A stretch of 63,569 nt of DNA, filler included, from Chiloscyllium plagiosum (taxonomy: Eukaryota): NCBI RefSeq assembly GCF_004010195.1. It is 4 parts of 2 records of this genome, joined end to end, with 100 filler letters (N's around TTAATTAATTAA, not from the genome) between each part and the next. Parts side by side here need not be neighbours in the genome. Positions count along the whole stretch, not along the records: positions 61,643 to 63,569 come from NC_057712.1; 3 more parts are not named here. One strand, 5' to 3'. Position 1 is the stretch's first letter. Every line of letters begins with the position of its first letter. The translations under genes were made by a program, and so were the position numbers. The notes under the pieces are model-generated. The model saw only the letters and a list, made by a program, of their open reading frames with translations, was not told the DNA's origin and searched no databases. Positions 63,393 to 63,569 of the stretch are shown in pieces.

Positions 63393-63569
63393 TAGAGTCA
63401 TAGAATCATAGAGATGTACAGCATGGAAACAGATCCTTCAGTCCAACCCGTACATGCCGACCAGATATCCCAACCCAATCTCGTCCCACCTGCCAGCACC
63501 CGGCCCATATCCCTCCAAACTCTTCCTATTCATATACCCATCCAAATGCCTCTTAAATGTTGCAATTGT
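63393..63569 (-). mobile_element. CR1/HER1 LINE 3' end
   Basis: (ATGACTCT/ATGATTCT) tail repeats and 3' UTR; runs off the window. Confidence 0.92.

Overview
Eukaryotic, AT-rich, repeat-dense genomic DNA, almost certainly from an elasmobranch (shark/ray): it is packed with HE1-type V-SINEs and partner HER1/CR1 LINE fragments. It also holds two families of Penelope-like elements (PLEs) with hammerhead-ribozyme cores, Gypsy relics, a probable Harbinger relic, a 2.2-kb degenerate 16-bp minisatellite and three 100-nt assembly gaps containing an artificial TTAATTAATTAA linker. No complete host gene is recognisable, and nearly all ORF-track calls are repeat-derived or noise. Highlights: (1) a clean, splice-bounded minus-strand coding exon (47418-47884) encoding a HeH/LEM-like motif resembling DIRS/Ngaro Gag N-termini, with no retroelement body around it, so a candidate domesticated gene; (2) short fold-back PLE-terminus insertions with back-to-back hammerhead cores and 12-16 bp target-site duplications; (3) an 83-bp locally templated insertion inside a SINE; (4) a LINE copy whose probable 5' UTR is fused directly to mid-ORF2; (5) a repeat-free GAS/ISRE/ETS/EICE-rich promoter-like island; (6) an old 200-bp duplication spaced 6 kb apart. 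Family assignments are from motif recognition by eye, not database searches, and repeat boundaries are approximate unless a TSD is quoted.
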